DNA of 61,831 bases from an uncultured Erysipelotrichaceae bacterium (GCA_951801965.1 CATOPA010000001.1:1-61831); one strand, 5' to 3'; positions 23,652-34,436 are shown, counted from the stretch's first letter. The notes: a model not told the origin generated them from the letters alone. Program-made: numbers and translations.

Positions 23652-24326
23652 ATGAGTATTATTTCAAGATTTAAAGATATTATGTCTGCAAATATTAATG
23701 CACTATTAGACAAGTGTGAAGATCCAGCAAAAATGGTAGATGAATATTTGAGACAAGTGAGTGAAGAACTTGCTGAAGTCAAAAAAGAAACAGCAAGTAT
23801 CATGGCAGAAGAAAAACGTGCAAAACGTTTGGTAGATGAAAACAAGGAACAAATAGAAAAATATGATAATTTAGCTAGAAAAGCATTAACAGCTGGAAAT
23901 GAAGATGATGCAAGAGTTTTCCTAGCAAAGAAACAACAATATGTAACTAATGGAGAAGATTTACAAAAATCATATGATATTGCACATGATAATGCTGAAA
24001 AAATGCGTGAAATGCATGATAAATTGACAAAAGATCTTCAAACATTAGAACAACGTAGAAGAAATGTGAAAGCAAAAGTTGCTGTGGCAAAAACACAGGA
24101 AAAAATGAATAAGATTACAGGATCAATGGATTCAGCAAGCAGTTCTATGAAAGCATTTGAAAGAATGGAAGAAAAGGCTGATCATATGTTAGATCAAGTC
24201 AATTCAATGACTGAATTAGATAGTGTTCCTGTTGATGAAGCAACATCATTAGAAGAAAAGTATTCTGATAAAGAGAAGAATATTGATGATGAGTTAGAAA
24301 AATTAAAAAGGGAAATGGGATTGTAA
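23652..24326 (+). CDS. pspA: PspA/IM30 family protein
   Basis: SIISRFKDIMSANINALLDKCEDPAKMVDEYLRQ start and a coiled-coil throughout; 224 aa. Confidence 0.9.
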   Translation: MSIISRFKDIMSANINALLDKCEDPAKMVDEYLRQVSEELAEVKKETASIMAEEKRAKRLVDENKEQIEKYDNLARKALTAGNEDDARVFLAKKQQYVTNGEDLQKSYDIAHDNAEKMREMHDKLTKDLQTLEQRRRNVKAKVAVAKTQEKMNKITGSMDSASSSMKAFERMEEKADHMLDQVNSMTELDSVPVDEATSLEEKYSDKEKNIDDELEKLKREMGL

Positions 24327-24516
24327 GAGTTCTGCATTTGCAGAACTTTTTTGTTTCTTTATTTTTCAAAAATAGAGATTCTTTTCTGTTTTTGAAAGAC
24401 TATTCATTTTGTGAAAGTGTTATCGGTTTTAGATATTGTAAGATAATATGAAAGAAGACTACAATATATGTATAGAAAAAAGTATTGGTAAAGTTTAGAG
24501 GAAGGGAGCTTTAAAA

Positions 24517-27500
24517 ATGAAAAAAAGAAAAGTAATACCAGGCATTTTATCAGCATTAATGGCATTGTCCTTAATTAATGTTGGTAATTTACATGCTGTT
24601 GAAGGACCAGTTATTCCAAATCCTTCATTTGAAAAAGAAATTAATAAAGAGGATATGCAGTTTTATAAAGCTGAAAGAACTGATGAAATGGCACATGATG
24701 GAAAGTATTCTATCAAGGTTGGTATGGAAAAACCAACAAATGAAAACGAAGTTCCAGCATGGCGTTATACTTCTGGTAAAGGAAGTGTCAATATTGTTAT
24801 TAGAAATGTAGAGCCAAACACAACATATAAAGTGACTGCTTGGGTTTATAATAAAACGAATGTAAAAATGTCAACAGGTGTTGTAGATATTGAAGGACAA
24901 CATACTTCGTCACCTTGGAAATTAGCATCTGATATCAAAACAGCTCAATTTCAAAGCACTGACGAATGGAGAAAAAATGAACATACTATCACAACTGGTC
25001 CAAGAACAAATGAAATCTATGCTTTTGCATATACTGAGTGGACTGGTGATCTTAATGGATGTGGGTTGTTTTATGTAGATGATTTTTCAATTGAAAAAAT
25101 AGAAACAAAGGATGTGCAGGCAAAGGCATCAATCAATTATACAGTTAAAGATGAAAATAGTTTTCCAGAAACAATTCCTGCTATTCAAGAATTTGAAGCA
25201 ACTCAAGGATCATTTAGATTAGATGTCAAAAATCAAGTTTTTTCTAGTGATAAATTTAGTATGGAAAAAACAAAATACTTAGCTGAAAGTATGGTAAAGA
25301 AAGGTATTATTAAAAACTATACAATTAATGAAATTGATGATGCAACTAAAGGAAAAGGAATTGTTGTTGCAAAACAACCAATCAATTTTAAATTATCAGG
25401 ATTAACACAAAATGCAAAAATTGATGCATATCAAATTGATATAGAAAAAGATAAAATTGTTCTTTATTCTGATTATATTGAAGGTATTCAAAATGGAACC
25501 ATGACATTGCTTCAAGCATTTACACAAAGAAAGATGTTACCAGCAGGATCTGTTCATGATTATACTGATCAAGTGATTAGAGGGTTACAAGTTGACTCAG
25601 GAAGAAGATATTACTCTATTGATTGGTTAAAAGAGCAAATTGAACAAATGGCTTATTATAAACAGAATAAATTACAATTACGTTTAAAAGACAATGAAGG
25701 AATTCGTTATGATTCTAAAGTTGCTGCAGCGATGGTTAATGAAAAAGCTGGATATTGGACACAAAAAGAAGTCGATGAATTAGTAAATTATGCAGCTAAA
25801 TTCAATATTGAAGTTATTCCAGAAATTGATTTCCCAGGACATGCAGAACAAGATGCATTCTATTACAAAGATTGGGGATTAGGTGGATCAACAAAAGCAT
25901 TAGACTTCTCAAAACCAGAAGTCAGAGAGTATATGATTAATGTTTACAAAGAGGCAGCTGATTTCTTCCATGCAAAAACAATTCACATTGGTGGTGATGA
26001 GTTTTTCCAAAGTGGTTATACAAATGAAGGAAAGAAAATTCTTGAACAATGGGTAAGAGATGAAACAGGTGATGATAAAGCAAATGATCATGATGCATTA
26101 AAATTATTCTTTAATGAAGCAGCAGAAGAATTATTTAAAAAAGATTTAAAGGTATTGGTATGGAACGACAATATTAATGATTTAGAAGGTGTAGTGCCAT
26201 TAAATAAGGATATTATTGTGGATTTCTGGGCAGGAACTATTTATGGATCAATTCAAGCAAGCAAAACTGCTAATGCTGGATATCAAATTATGTCAAGTTC
26301 TTCATCTAATTATCATGACTTATGGCCACAAGATGATAAATTGGATAGGCCACTTCCAAAGAAATTGTATGAGAACTTTACAAGATATACATATTCACGA
26401 GGATTTAGCCCAGATGAAGTTTTAACAGAGAATTTAGATAAGGCATTAGGGCAAATGTTCCCAATTTGGGATGATGCTCATGGATATGTACCAGAGTATA
26501 TCTTATCAAGAACATTATATCCAAGATATGCAGTGTTCTCATTAAAAACTTGGGGAGCAGATTATCAAAATCCTATTGATTATGCAGAGTTTGAGAGATT
26601 GGTTTTCACTCTTGAATCTCCAATGAGTGATACTAGAGATCAAGTTAAAATTAATTATAATGAAAAAGATTTATTCGTAGTTGCATCAACTATTAATGAA
26701 GCATTGGAAGCAAGAATGGATAAAATGACAGGATATGCTAAGGAAAATGCTGAAAATTTATATGCAGATGTTGATGAAATCGTTAAAAGCTTAGCAGATT
26801 ATACAACAAAATCATGGTCAACATTTGAAGAGGCATTAAAAAATGCTAAAGCAGTTATGGCATATGTGAATTCAACTCAAGAAGATGTTGACGCAGCAAC
26901 TCATACATTAAAAGAAGCATTTGCCAAACTTGATATTGTTAAAGCTGATAAAGAAGCACTATATGATGCACTTAATAGCGTCAATAACCTAAAAGAGTCA
27001 GAGTACAAAAAGGCTGGTTGGCAAGCATTACAAGAAACAATAGCTACTATCAATGAGCAATTAGAAGCTGGTGATGGAAATCCTACACAAGAACAAGTGG
27101 ATACTGCTACACAATCATTGATTGATGCCATTGCTGCATTAGAAAAGAAACCTAGTAAGTTTATATTACAATATTATATTGATAGTGTTTCAAATGCAAT
27201 AGAATCAGATTATACCGCAGAAAGTTGGGCCCCTTTTGCAGAAGCGCTGGCACATGCACAAGAAGTGAATGATGACGATAGTGATGACTTAACTTCGCAA
27301 GAGATTAGCAATGCTGCAAATAACTTATATAGTGCTTATAGACAATTAGTTAAAATAGATGCTCCAGCAGCAAGAATGGCAAATGCTCAAACATTAAAAA
27401 CTGTGGTTGATAAAACGGCATTACAAGCTGCTATTGATGAAGCGGAAACATTGAATCCAGAAAGATTTGTTAGTAAAACAACTTCTACAACACACCTTGT

Positions 27501-27897
27501 AAAAGAATTGATTTATCGATTTGAAAATCTTGAGTATTTAGAAGATGGTAAGGTAACAGTTCAGTATGTAGATAAAGATGGCAAAGAACTTGCTAAACCG
27601 ATAGTATTGGAAGATAAAATAGGAACTGAATACAAAACAACAGCTCTTGAGATTGATGGGTATAAACTTGTTGAAGTTCCAAAAAATGCTAATGGAATAT
27701 TTGATAGAAAAGAACAGGTTGTGACTTATCAATATGAATTGATTATTCATGTTGATTCAGAACCAGAGACTACAGATAAAGATCAATCAACAGTGAAGAC
27801 TGGTGATAGTACAAATATGATAGTATTGGGAACATGGTTTGTAGTTGCATTAGGTGGTATTGTTCTTTCAATAAAAAAGAAAAAACAAAATATGTAA
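24517..27897 (+). CDS. cell-surface GH20 family glycosidase (beta-N-acetylhexosaminidase/lacto-N-biosidase-like) with FIVAR repeats, MucBP domain and C-terminal anchor
   Basis: Domains in order: signal peptide, N-terminal CBM-like module (NPSFE...), GH20 motifs EIDFPGHA and IHIGGDEF, three FIVAR-like repeats (Y..(K/E)SW..F..AL..A), a MucBP-like segment (VTVQYVDKDGKEL...YKLV), then VKTGDS plus a hydrophobic helix plus KKKKQNM. Confidence 0.85.
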   Translation: MKKRKVIPGILSALMALSLINVGNLHAVEGPVIPNPSFEKEINKEDMQFYKAERTDEMAHDGKYSIKVGMEKPTNENEVPAWRYTSGKGSVNIVIRNVEPNTTYKVTAWVYNKTNVKMSTGVVDIEGQHTSSPWKLASDIKTAQFQSTDEWRKNEHTITTGPRTNEIYAFAYTEWTGDLNGCGLFYVDDFSIEKIETKDVQAKASINYTVKDENSFPETIPAIQEFEATQGSFRLDVKNQVFSSDKFSMEKTKYLAESMVKKGIIKNYTINEIDDATKGKGIVVAKQPINFKLSGLTQNAKIDAYQIDIEKDKIVLYSDYIEGIQNGTMTLLQAFTQRKMLPAGSVHDYTDQVIRGLQVDSGRRYYSIDWLKEQIEQMAYYKQNKLQLRLKDNEGIRYDSKVAAAMVNEKAGYWTQKEVDELVNYAAKFNIEVIPEIDFPGHAEQDAFYYKDWGLGGSTKALDFSKPEVREYMINVYKEAADFFHAKTIHIGGDEFFQSGYTNEGKKILEQWVRDETGDDKANDHDALKLFFNEAAEELFKKDLKVLVWNDNINDLEGVVPLNKDIIVDFWAGTIYGSIQASKTANAGYQIMSSSSSNYHDLWPQDDKLDRPLPKKLYENFTRYTYSRGFSPDEVLTENLDKALGQMFPIWDDAHGYVPEYILSRTLYPRYAVFSLKTWGADYQNPIDYAEFERLVFTLESPMSDTRDQVKINYNEKDLFVVASTINEALEARMDKMTGYAKENAENLYADVDEIVKSLADYTTKSWSTFEEALKNAKAVMAYVNSTQEDVDAATHTLKEAFAKLDIVKADKEALYDALNSVNNLKESEYKKAGWQALQETIATINEQLEAGDGNPTQEQVDTATQSLIDAIAALEKKPSKFILQYYIDSVSNAIESDYTAESWAPFAEALAHAQEVNDDDSDDLTSQEISNAANNLYSAYRQLVKIDAPAARMANAQTLKTVVDKTALQAAIDEAETLNPERFVSKTTSTTHLVKELIYRFENLEYLEDGKVTVQYVDKDGKELAKPIVLEDKIGTEYKTTALEIDGYKLVEVPKNANGIFDRKEQVVTYQYELIIHVDSEPETTDKDQSTVKTGDSTNMIVLGTWFVVALGGIVLSIKKKKQNM

Positions 27898-27928
27898 ATG
27901 AAAAAGTGTATCTCTACTTCTATAAAGT

Positions 27929-27958
27929 AAAAACAGTTAGATTGTTCTAACTGTTTTT
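27929..27958 (+). terminator. rho-independent terminator
   Basis: 13-bp perfect stem AAAAACAGTTAGA / TCTAACTGTTTTT with loop TTGT and a T-run. Confidence 0.8.
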
Positions 27959-28075
27959 ACATATTATGAGTATAGACTTATAGAGAATAGTTGACAGAAT
28001 CGAAGAAAATGATTTTGATAAAGATAAGAATGCTGATAAAATCGTAAAAAAGATTCTGTAATGCAGAACCTTTTC

Positions 28076-28861
28076 TTAATGTATAGAAACAACATATTTA
28101 TGATAATAGCGATTAATTAAACAATCTATAAAAAAGAGCAATTTATATTTTCCGACACTTTCATCATCATGTTCACCTAAAGTAATCACATCTGTAAATT
28201 GTTGAGAAAATTTTGCTTGAGCATTTTGTGTAATTAAAACATTTTTAGCAAGAGAAATGATTGCTGGAATTGTAATAGCTTTTTCCATCAATAAAGTTCC
28301 TTCAAGTGATATAAAGATACATAAATCATTTTGTCGAATTTCTTTGACAACTTCAATTTGATGTTCTTTTCTAGGATAAAACTCTATATTTTTCCCTGTT
28401 GTTAATATAGCTCTTTGAAAAATATTTGCTAAATCACCAGGAATGTGTGTAGCAAAAATAATAATGCGCTCAGCCTGATGAATATAATCGCATAAAAGAT
28501 CGATTTGCTCCATGAGTTTTTTATCGTCAATCGTATCTATGCTGTTTTTAATTTTGTCTATAAATGATAACATATCAATTTGACGAAATGCAGCACTATC
28601 AATAATTTGTTCATTTTGTTCTTCTTCAATGCCAAGGCAGTCTTCTTTAAAATCATTAAAGCTAGGGTAACCCAGTTGCTGAGAGAATCTACTCATGCTT
28701 GAGGGAGAAGTATAACACATTTCAGCAATATCCTGCAAAGATGTTTTCTTTTTAATTTGTTTCATATTCTTTAATAAGCACCTTGCAATATTGACATCAT
28801 TATTGTCATTATTGGGAGTTGTGTTGATAATATTTTGAAGTTTATAAATAAATCCTGCCAT
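28076..28861 (-). CDS. MurR/RpiR family transcriptional regulator
   Basis: HTH (LQDIAEMCYTSPSSMSRFSQQLG) plus a SIS-like C-terminus. Divergent from the second GH20 gene. Confidence 0.75.
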   Translation of the reverse strand: MAGFIYKLQNIINTTPNNDNNDVNIARCLLKNMKQIKKKTSLQDIAEMCYTSPSSMSRFSQQLGYPSFNDFKEDCLGIEEEQNEQIIDSAAFRQIDMLSFIDKIKNSIDTIDDKKLMEQIDLLCDYIHQAERIIIFATHIPGDLANIFQRAILTTGKNIEFYPRKEHQIEVVKEIRQNDLCIFISLEGTLLMEKAITIPAIISLAKNVLITQNAQAKFSQQFTDVITLGEHDDESVGKYKLLFFIDCLINRYYHKYVVSIH

Positions 28862-29092
28862 AAAACCTATCCTCTTTTATTATATTCTTTTAAAAATTAT
28901 ATCATAATCAATCTATAAAGTGTATATGTTTTTTCATAATTTGAAATCCCATTCATTTTTTGAAATGATATTTATAGATTGAAATCAATTCTTGAAATGT
29001 GTAATGAAACTCCTTTTTTTAAAACTTATAATAAAGATAGATATAAAAGGGAAAGCACCAAATATATCATGTATACAAGGAGGGAATAAGAA

Positions 29093-32011
29093 ATGAAAAA
29101 AAGGAAGTTGATTTTATCTTCAGCTCTTGCTCTAGCAACGGTATTAAGTAGTGGCTTTATGAATGTCAGCTATGCTGTAGATGGACCGTATATTGCAAAT
29201 CCATCATTTGAAAATCCACTTGATGCAAGTGAAAATCAAGTTTATAAAGCTGAAAGAACTGATGAAAAAGCGTTTGATGGGAAGTATTCAATGAAAGTTG
29301 GTATGGTTAAACCAACTGATGAATCAAAAGTCCCTTTATGGCGTTACACTCAAGGAAAGGGAAGCGTTAATGTTATTATTCATAATGTGAAACCTAATAC
29401 AAAATACGATGTTTCTATACATTACTTTAATGAGACAGGTGTAAAGATGTCGACAGGTGTTTTGGATATTGAGGGAAAACACACAACTTCACCATGGCAA
29501 TTGGCATCAAGTATTAAAACGGATCAAGCGAAAAGTGCAGATTGGAAAGAACATACACATACACTAACGACTGGTCCTAGAACAAATGAAATTTATGCAT
29601 TTGCATATACTGAATGGACAGGAAATGAAACAGGTTCAGGATTGTTTTATGTTGATGGTGTAGAAATTAAAGAATCAGATACACAGACAAGTGTTGATGA
29701 AGAAACTTCTATTGAATATACAGCAGCAGATTTAACTGATTTTCCAGCAACAGTTCCTGCTATAAGCGAATTTGAAAAAGGAAAAGAAGAAGGATTTTAT
29801 AATATTTCAACAAAACAGCAAGTTTTTTCAACAGATGAGTTCAGTCAAGAAAAAACAAAATATCTTGCTGAAAGTATGGTGAAAAAAGGAATTATTGAAG
29901 ATTATTCAATACGTGTGATTGAAGATGTCAAAGATGGTAAGGGTATTGTTGTTGTAAAACAACCAATTCAATTTAAGCTCCCTGAAAATATAAAAGAGAG
30001 TCAAATTGATGCTTATCAAATTGATATTACATCAAAGAAAATTGTTATTTATTCTGATTATATTGAAGGAATTCAAAATGGAACAATGACACTTTTACAG
30101 GCATTTGCACAAAGAAAGGCATTACCATTAGGAAGTGTTCATGATTATACTGATCAGGTTATTAGAGGATTACAAGTTGACTCAGGAAGAAGATATTATT
30201 CAATTGATTGGCTAAAAGATCAAGTTGAACAAATGGCTTATTATAAACAAAATAAGTTACAATTACGTTTAAAGGATAATGAAGGTATTCGTTATGAATC
30301 AAAAGTTGCTGCTGCGATGATTGATGAAAAAGGTGGATACTGGACTCAAGAGGAAGTTGATGAATTAGTCAATTGGGCAAATCAATTCAATATTGAAGTT
30401 ATTCCAGAAATAGACTTCCCTGGTCATGCAGAACAAGATGCATTCTATTATAAAGATTGGGGATTGGGTGGTTCATTAAAAGCTTTAGATTTCTCAAAAC
30501 CAGAAGTCAGAGAATATATGATTAATGTCTATAAAGAAGCAGCTGATTTCTTCCATGCAAAAACAATTCATATTGGTGGAGATGAATTCTTCCAAAGTGG
30601 ATATACAACAGATGGAAAGAAAATTTTAGAAGATTGGATTCGTAAAGAAACAGGAGATGATAGTGCAACAGATAAAGATGCTATTAAGTGGTTCTTTAAT
30701 GAAGCGGCTGAAGAATTATTTAAAAAGGATTTAGAAGTCGTTGTATGGAATGACAATATCTTTGATTTAGAAGGTGTTGTTCCATTGGATAAGAGAATTA
30801 TTATTGATTTTTGGGCAGGAACAATGTATGGATCAATTGGGGCTCCAGATACAGCAAATGCTGGATATCAGATTATGTCAAGTTCATCATCTAACTACCA
30901 TGATTTATGGCCTCAACGTGATAAGTTAGATAGACCTTTACCAAAGAGAACATATGAAGAATTTACAAGATATCATTATTCAAAAGCTTCATATTCATAT
31001 TCTAATGATGTTGTTTTAACAGATAATTTAGATAAATCTTTGGGACAGATGTTCCCAATTTGGGATGATGCTCATGGTTATGTACCAGAATATATTTTAA
31101 CAAGATCATTATTCCCAAGATATGCAGGATTTGCATTGAAAACATGGGGTGCTGATTTTGAGACAGCAATGAGTTATGCTGAATTTGAAAGATTAATCTT
31201 TGCATTAGGATCACCAAGAGATGATTTGTATACTCAAAGTAAGATTAATTACAATGAATCAGATTTAGATCTTGTGATTGCTGAATTAGAAGGTGCACTT
31301 GTAACAAGATCAGCAGATCAAATTGTCGCAAATAATGTTTCACAATTACAAAAAAAGATTAATGATGTCAAAGCAAATAAGGCATCATATCAAAAAGATG
31401 GTTTCTACACAGAAGTGATTGATAATTTGATTTATGATTATGAAAATATTCAATATACAATCCCATCTATTGATAAAGATGATTTAGAAGCGAGAGTAGA
31501 AGAAGCGTTGAAAGTCACTGATAAAGAATTGGAAATTGTTATTCCTATTGCGGTTACAGAATTTAAGGAAGCATTGAAAGAGGCTCAAGATGTTCTTGCT
31601 GATACTGCAGCTTCTCAAGATGCAGTCGATGAGGCATATGTACGCTTGGTTGATGCTATTGATATGTTGAAAAAGCATAAAGGTGATAAAACAGAATTAG
31701 AAAAATTAGTGAAAAATGCTGAACAATTATCAAAGAATCAATACAATGATACATCATGGAAAGCACTAGCTACAGCTCTTGAAAAAGCAAAGGTTGTTTT
31801 AAATGATGAAAATGCAACAGCCGAAGAAGTGGCTAATGCTCAAAAACAACTTCAAGATGCTCTTGATGCATTGATTAAGATTGATACTCATAGTGAACAA
31901 GAAACAATAAAAACTGGGGATTCAACAAATCTTATTGTGATTGCTGCTGTATGTCTTGTTGCATTTGGTGGTATTGTACTTTCAATGAAAAAGAAAAAAC
32001 AAAATATGTAA
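29093..32011 (+). CDS. cell-surface GH20 family glycosidase, paralog of 24517..27897
   Basis: Same architecture and long near-identical stretches (e.g. VIRGLQVDSGRRYYSIDWLK, EIDFPGHAEQDAFYYKDWGLGGS, IHIGGDEFFQSGYT). It has two FIVAR-like repeats, lacks the MucBP segment and ends IKTGDS + TM + KKKKQNM. Confidence 0.85.
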   Translation: MKKRKLILSSALALATVLSSGFMNVSYAVDGPYIANPSFENPLDASENQVYKAERTDEKAFDGKYSMKVGMVKPTDESKVPLWRYTQGKGSVNVIIHNVKPNTKYDVSIHYFNETGVKMSTGVLDIEGKHTTSPWQLASSIKTDQAKSADWKEHTHTLTTGPRTNEIYAFAYTEWTGNETGSGLFYVDGVEIKESDTQTSVDEETSIEYTAADLTDFPATVPAISEFEKGKEEGFYNISTKQQVFSTDEFSQEKTKYLAESMVKKGIIEDYSIRVIEDVKDGKGIVVVKQPIQFKLPENIKESQIDAYQIDITSKKIVIYSDYIEGIQNGTMTLLQAFAQRKALPLGSVHDYTDQVIRGLQVDSGRRYYSIDWLKDQVEQMAYYKQNKLQLRLKDNEGIRYESKVAAAMIDEKGGYWTQEEVDELVNWANQFNIEVIPEIDFPGHAEQDAFYYKDWGLGGSLKALDFSKPEVREYMINVYKEAADFFHAKTIHIGGDEFFQSGYTTDGKKILEDWIRKETGDDSATDKDAIKWFFNEAAEELFKKDLEVVVWNDNIFDLEGVVPLDKRIIIDFWAGTMYGSIGAPDTANAGYQIMSSSSSNYHDLWPQRDKLDRPLPKRTYEEFTRYHYSKASYSYSNDVVLTDNLDKSLGQMFPIWDDAHGYVPEYILTRSLFPRYAGFALKTWGADFETAMSYAEFERLIFALGSPRDDLYTQSKINYNESDLDLVIAELEGALVTRSADQIVANNVSQLQKKINDVKANKASYQKDGFYTEVIDNLIYDYENIQYTIPSIDKDDLEARVEEALKVTDKELEIVIPIAVTEFKEALKEAQDVLADTAASQDAVDEAYVRLVDAIDMLKKHKGDKTELEKLVKNAEQLSKNQYNDTSWKALATALEKAKVVLNDENATAEEVANAQKQLQDALDALIKIDTHSEQETIKTGDSTNLIVIAAVCLVAFGGIVLSMKKKKQNM

Positions 32012-32039
32012 AAAGGTCATCTTTCTACTGCTATAAAGT

Positions 32040-32069
32040 AAAAACAGTCAGGTTATTCTGGCTGTTTTT
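32040..32069. terminator. bidirectional terminator between GH20-2 and pyrG
   Basis: Stem AAAAACAGTCAG / CTGGCTGTTTTT (one G-U pair), loop GTTATT, with A-run and T-run flanks. The sequence is a near copy of the terminator at 27929. Confidence 0.75.
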
Positions 32070-32079
32070 ACATATAACT

Positions 32080-33684
32080 TTACTTTCTATATTTTTTCTT
32101 ATAGGCTGCGGAGATAAATCCTTGAAATAAAGGTTCACTTTTATTTGGTCGTGAAACAAATTCAGGATGAAATTGACAAGCTATGTAATAAGGATGATCA
32201 TTTAATTCTATGATTTCTACAAGATTTCTTTGAGGATTTCGTCCTGAAAAAATAAGACCATATTCTTGTAGTATAGCTTTATATTGATTGTTGAATTCAT
32301 AGCGATGTCTATGTCTTTGCTTAATCATTGGTTTTTGATATAAAGAATAGGCTTTAGAGTCTTTTAAAAGTTCACAATCATAATCACCTAATCTTTGTGT
32401 GCCTCCTAAATTTTTTAAAGACTGATCATTCATTAAATGAATAAGAGGTGTTTGACAATGTTCATCAAACTCTACTGAATTGACATCTTGGAGATGACAG
32501 ACATTTCTCGCAAATTCAATGGAAGCAATTTGCATACCTAAACAAATTCCAAGAAAAGGAACTTTATTTTCTCGAGCATATTTTGCAGCAGTAATCATAC
32601 CTTCAATACCACGTTGACCAAAACCACCAGGAATCAAAATACCATCAGCATTTTCTAATAAGAGGTTGACGTTGTTATCATTGATATCTTCAGCATTAAC
32701 CCATTCTATATGTATATGAGAATTTTCATAATATCCAGCATGTTTTAGGGCTTCATTGACAGAAAGATAGGCATCAGGTAATTGAACATACTTTCCAACT
32801 ATTTTTATTGTTAAGTCTTTATTCAATCCTTTAACTCTTTGAATAAGATTTGTCCATTCTTGCATGTCTGCTTTTTTAGTATTAATTTTAAGATGATTTA
32901 AAACAATATCATCCATATGTTGATTTAATAGCATCATAGGAAGTTCATATAATACTTCGACATCATAATTAGAAATAACTGCTTCAACAGGAACATTACA
33001 AAATAAAGAAATTTTTTCTTTTAATTCATTATCAATATGTTTTTCACTACGACAAACAATCATATCTGGTTGGATACCATAGCCTCTTAATTCTTTAACA
33101 CTATGTTGTGTTGGCTTCGTTTTAACTTCGTGACTTGCTTTGATATAGGGAAGAAGTGTTGTATGTATGTAGAAGGTATTTTCGTATCCTACATCCAAAC
33201 GAAATTGTCTAATAGCTTCGATGAATGGAAGGCTTTCTATATCTCCAACTGTTCCACCAATTTCAGTAATAACAATATCAGCTTGACTGCTTTTTGCAGC
33301 AGCATAGATTCTTGATTTGATTTCATTTGTAATATGGGGAACGACTTGAACAGTTGCTCCTAAATAATTTCCTTTACGTTCCTTCGCAATGACATCACTG
33401 TATATTTTTCCAGTTGTAATGGAAGAATGACAGTTGAGTTCTTCGTCAATAAATCGTTCATAGTGTCCTAAATCTAAATCAGTTTCAGCACCATCACTTG
33501 TGACAAAAACCTCTCCATGTTGAAATGGTGACATTGTTCCTGGATCTACGTTAATATATGGATCAAGTTTTTGCATGAAAACTTTTAATCCTCTTTGTTT
33601 TAAGATTCTTCCAAGTGATGCGGCAGTTAATCCTTTTCCTAGTCCCGAAACAACACCACCTGTCACAAATATATATTTTGTCAT
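32080..33684 (-). CDS. pyrG: CTP synthase
   Basis: [18 protein letters not shown] start, and a glutamine amidotransferase domain with GICLGMQ and HRHRYEFN; 534 aa. Confidence 0.95.
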   Translation of the reverse strand: MTKYIFVTGGVVSGLGKGLTAASLGRILKQRGLKVFMQKLDPYINVDPGTMSPFQHGEVFVTSDGAETDLDLGHYERFIDEELNCHSSITTGKIYSDVIAKERKGNYLGATVQVVPHITNEIKSRIYAAAKSSQADIVITEIGGTVGDIESLPFIEAIRQFRLDVGYENTFYIHTTLLPYIKASHEVKTKPTQHSVKELRGYGIQPDMIVCRSEKHIDNELKEKISLFCNVPVEAVISNYDVEVLYELPMMLLNQHMDDIVLNHLKINTKKADMQEWTNLIQRVKGLNKDLTIKIVGKYVQLPDAYLSVNEALKHAGYYENSHIHIEWVNAEDINDNNVNLLLENADGILIPGGFGQRGIEGMITAAKYARENKVPFLGICLGMQIASIEFARNVCHLQDVNSVEFDEHCQTPLIHLMNDQSLKNLGGTQRLGDYDCELLKDSKAYSLYQKPMIKQRHRHRYEFNNQYKAILQEYGLIFSGRNPQRNLVEIIELNDHPYYIACQFHPEFVSRPNKSEPLFQGFISAAYKKKYRK

Positions 33685-33700
33685 TTTTTTAACCTCCTTT

Positions 33701-33740
33701 AAAATAAAAAAAGCACTTCATAGGAAAGCTATGAGTGCCC
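33701..33740 (-). promoter_or_regulatory. candidate pyrG leader attenuator (terminator hairpin preceded by GGGC)
   Basis: The minus strand reads AAAGGGCACTCATAGCTTTCCTATGAAGTGCTTTTTTTATTTT: a hairpin plus U-run about 20 nt upstream of the pyrG RBS, with GGGC at its 5' foot. Confidence 0.45.
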
Positions 33741-33896
33741 TTTATCATTTTAACAAAAAAATATTATCAAAGCAATGATTTTCTATTACATGTTAAAAAT
33801 AGTTTTTCCTCATATGAAAAATAAATAGAAAAACTACATGTCATTACAAGTCAACTCAATATCAAAAAAGTATGATAAATAGAGGGGGATTTGAAC

Positions 33897-34208
33897 ATGA
33901 AAAAACTGGACTATATAGAAGTTGATGGTATTTTATACCCAGATTTACATGTAAATGTAAAATAATTAGGTTATTTTGGTGTGAAAAAGAAGGAATACAT
34001 GAAGATGAAAAGGTACATTATTTGATCATCTTGAACAGACAGATATTCAAGTAAATGATATGTACGACAGACTTGTAGATCAATGCAAAAAACAAAGAAA
34101 TATAACAGAAGAACTAAAAGAACAAGATCAAATGTTATGATACAAGAAATGAATAACATTAAGAATTGTGTGAATGAAGTTATATTAAATGAATTAATTT
34201 ATGAGTAG
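33897..34208 (+). pseudogene. degraded TnpV-like (conjugative-transposon accessory) gene
   Basis: MKKLDYIEVDGILYPDL... is followed by stops and frameshifts and ends ...MNNIKNCVNEVILNELIYE-stop. From memory, both ends match the termini of Firmicute TnpV proteins. Confidence 0.45.
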
Positions 34209-34436
34209 TCATAAGAATTCAGTGTAGAAATATGCTGAGTCTTTAAATGTATAGATAAATTTTATTTTATCAAATGGAAATAAGAATGGAATACTATATT
34301 GTCTTGATTTATAGAATAATATTTCTTATTTGAAAATAAATATTTGTGAATACCAATATTAATCTGTTAAATGACCATAAAAAATGATATACTTAAAATA
34401 GTTTCGTAATAAATGCTAAGTAGGAGGTAAATATAC

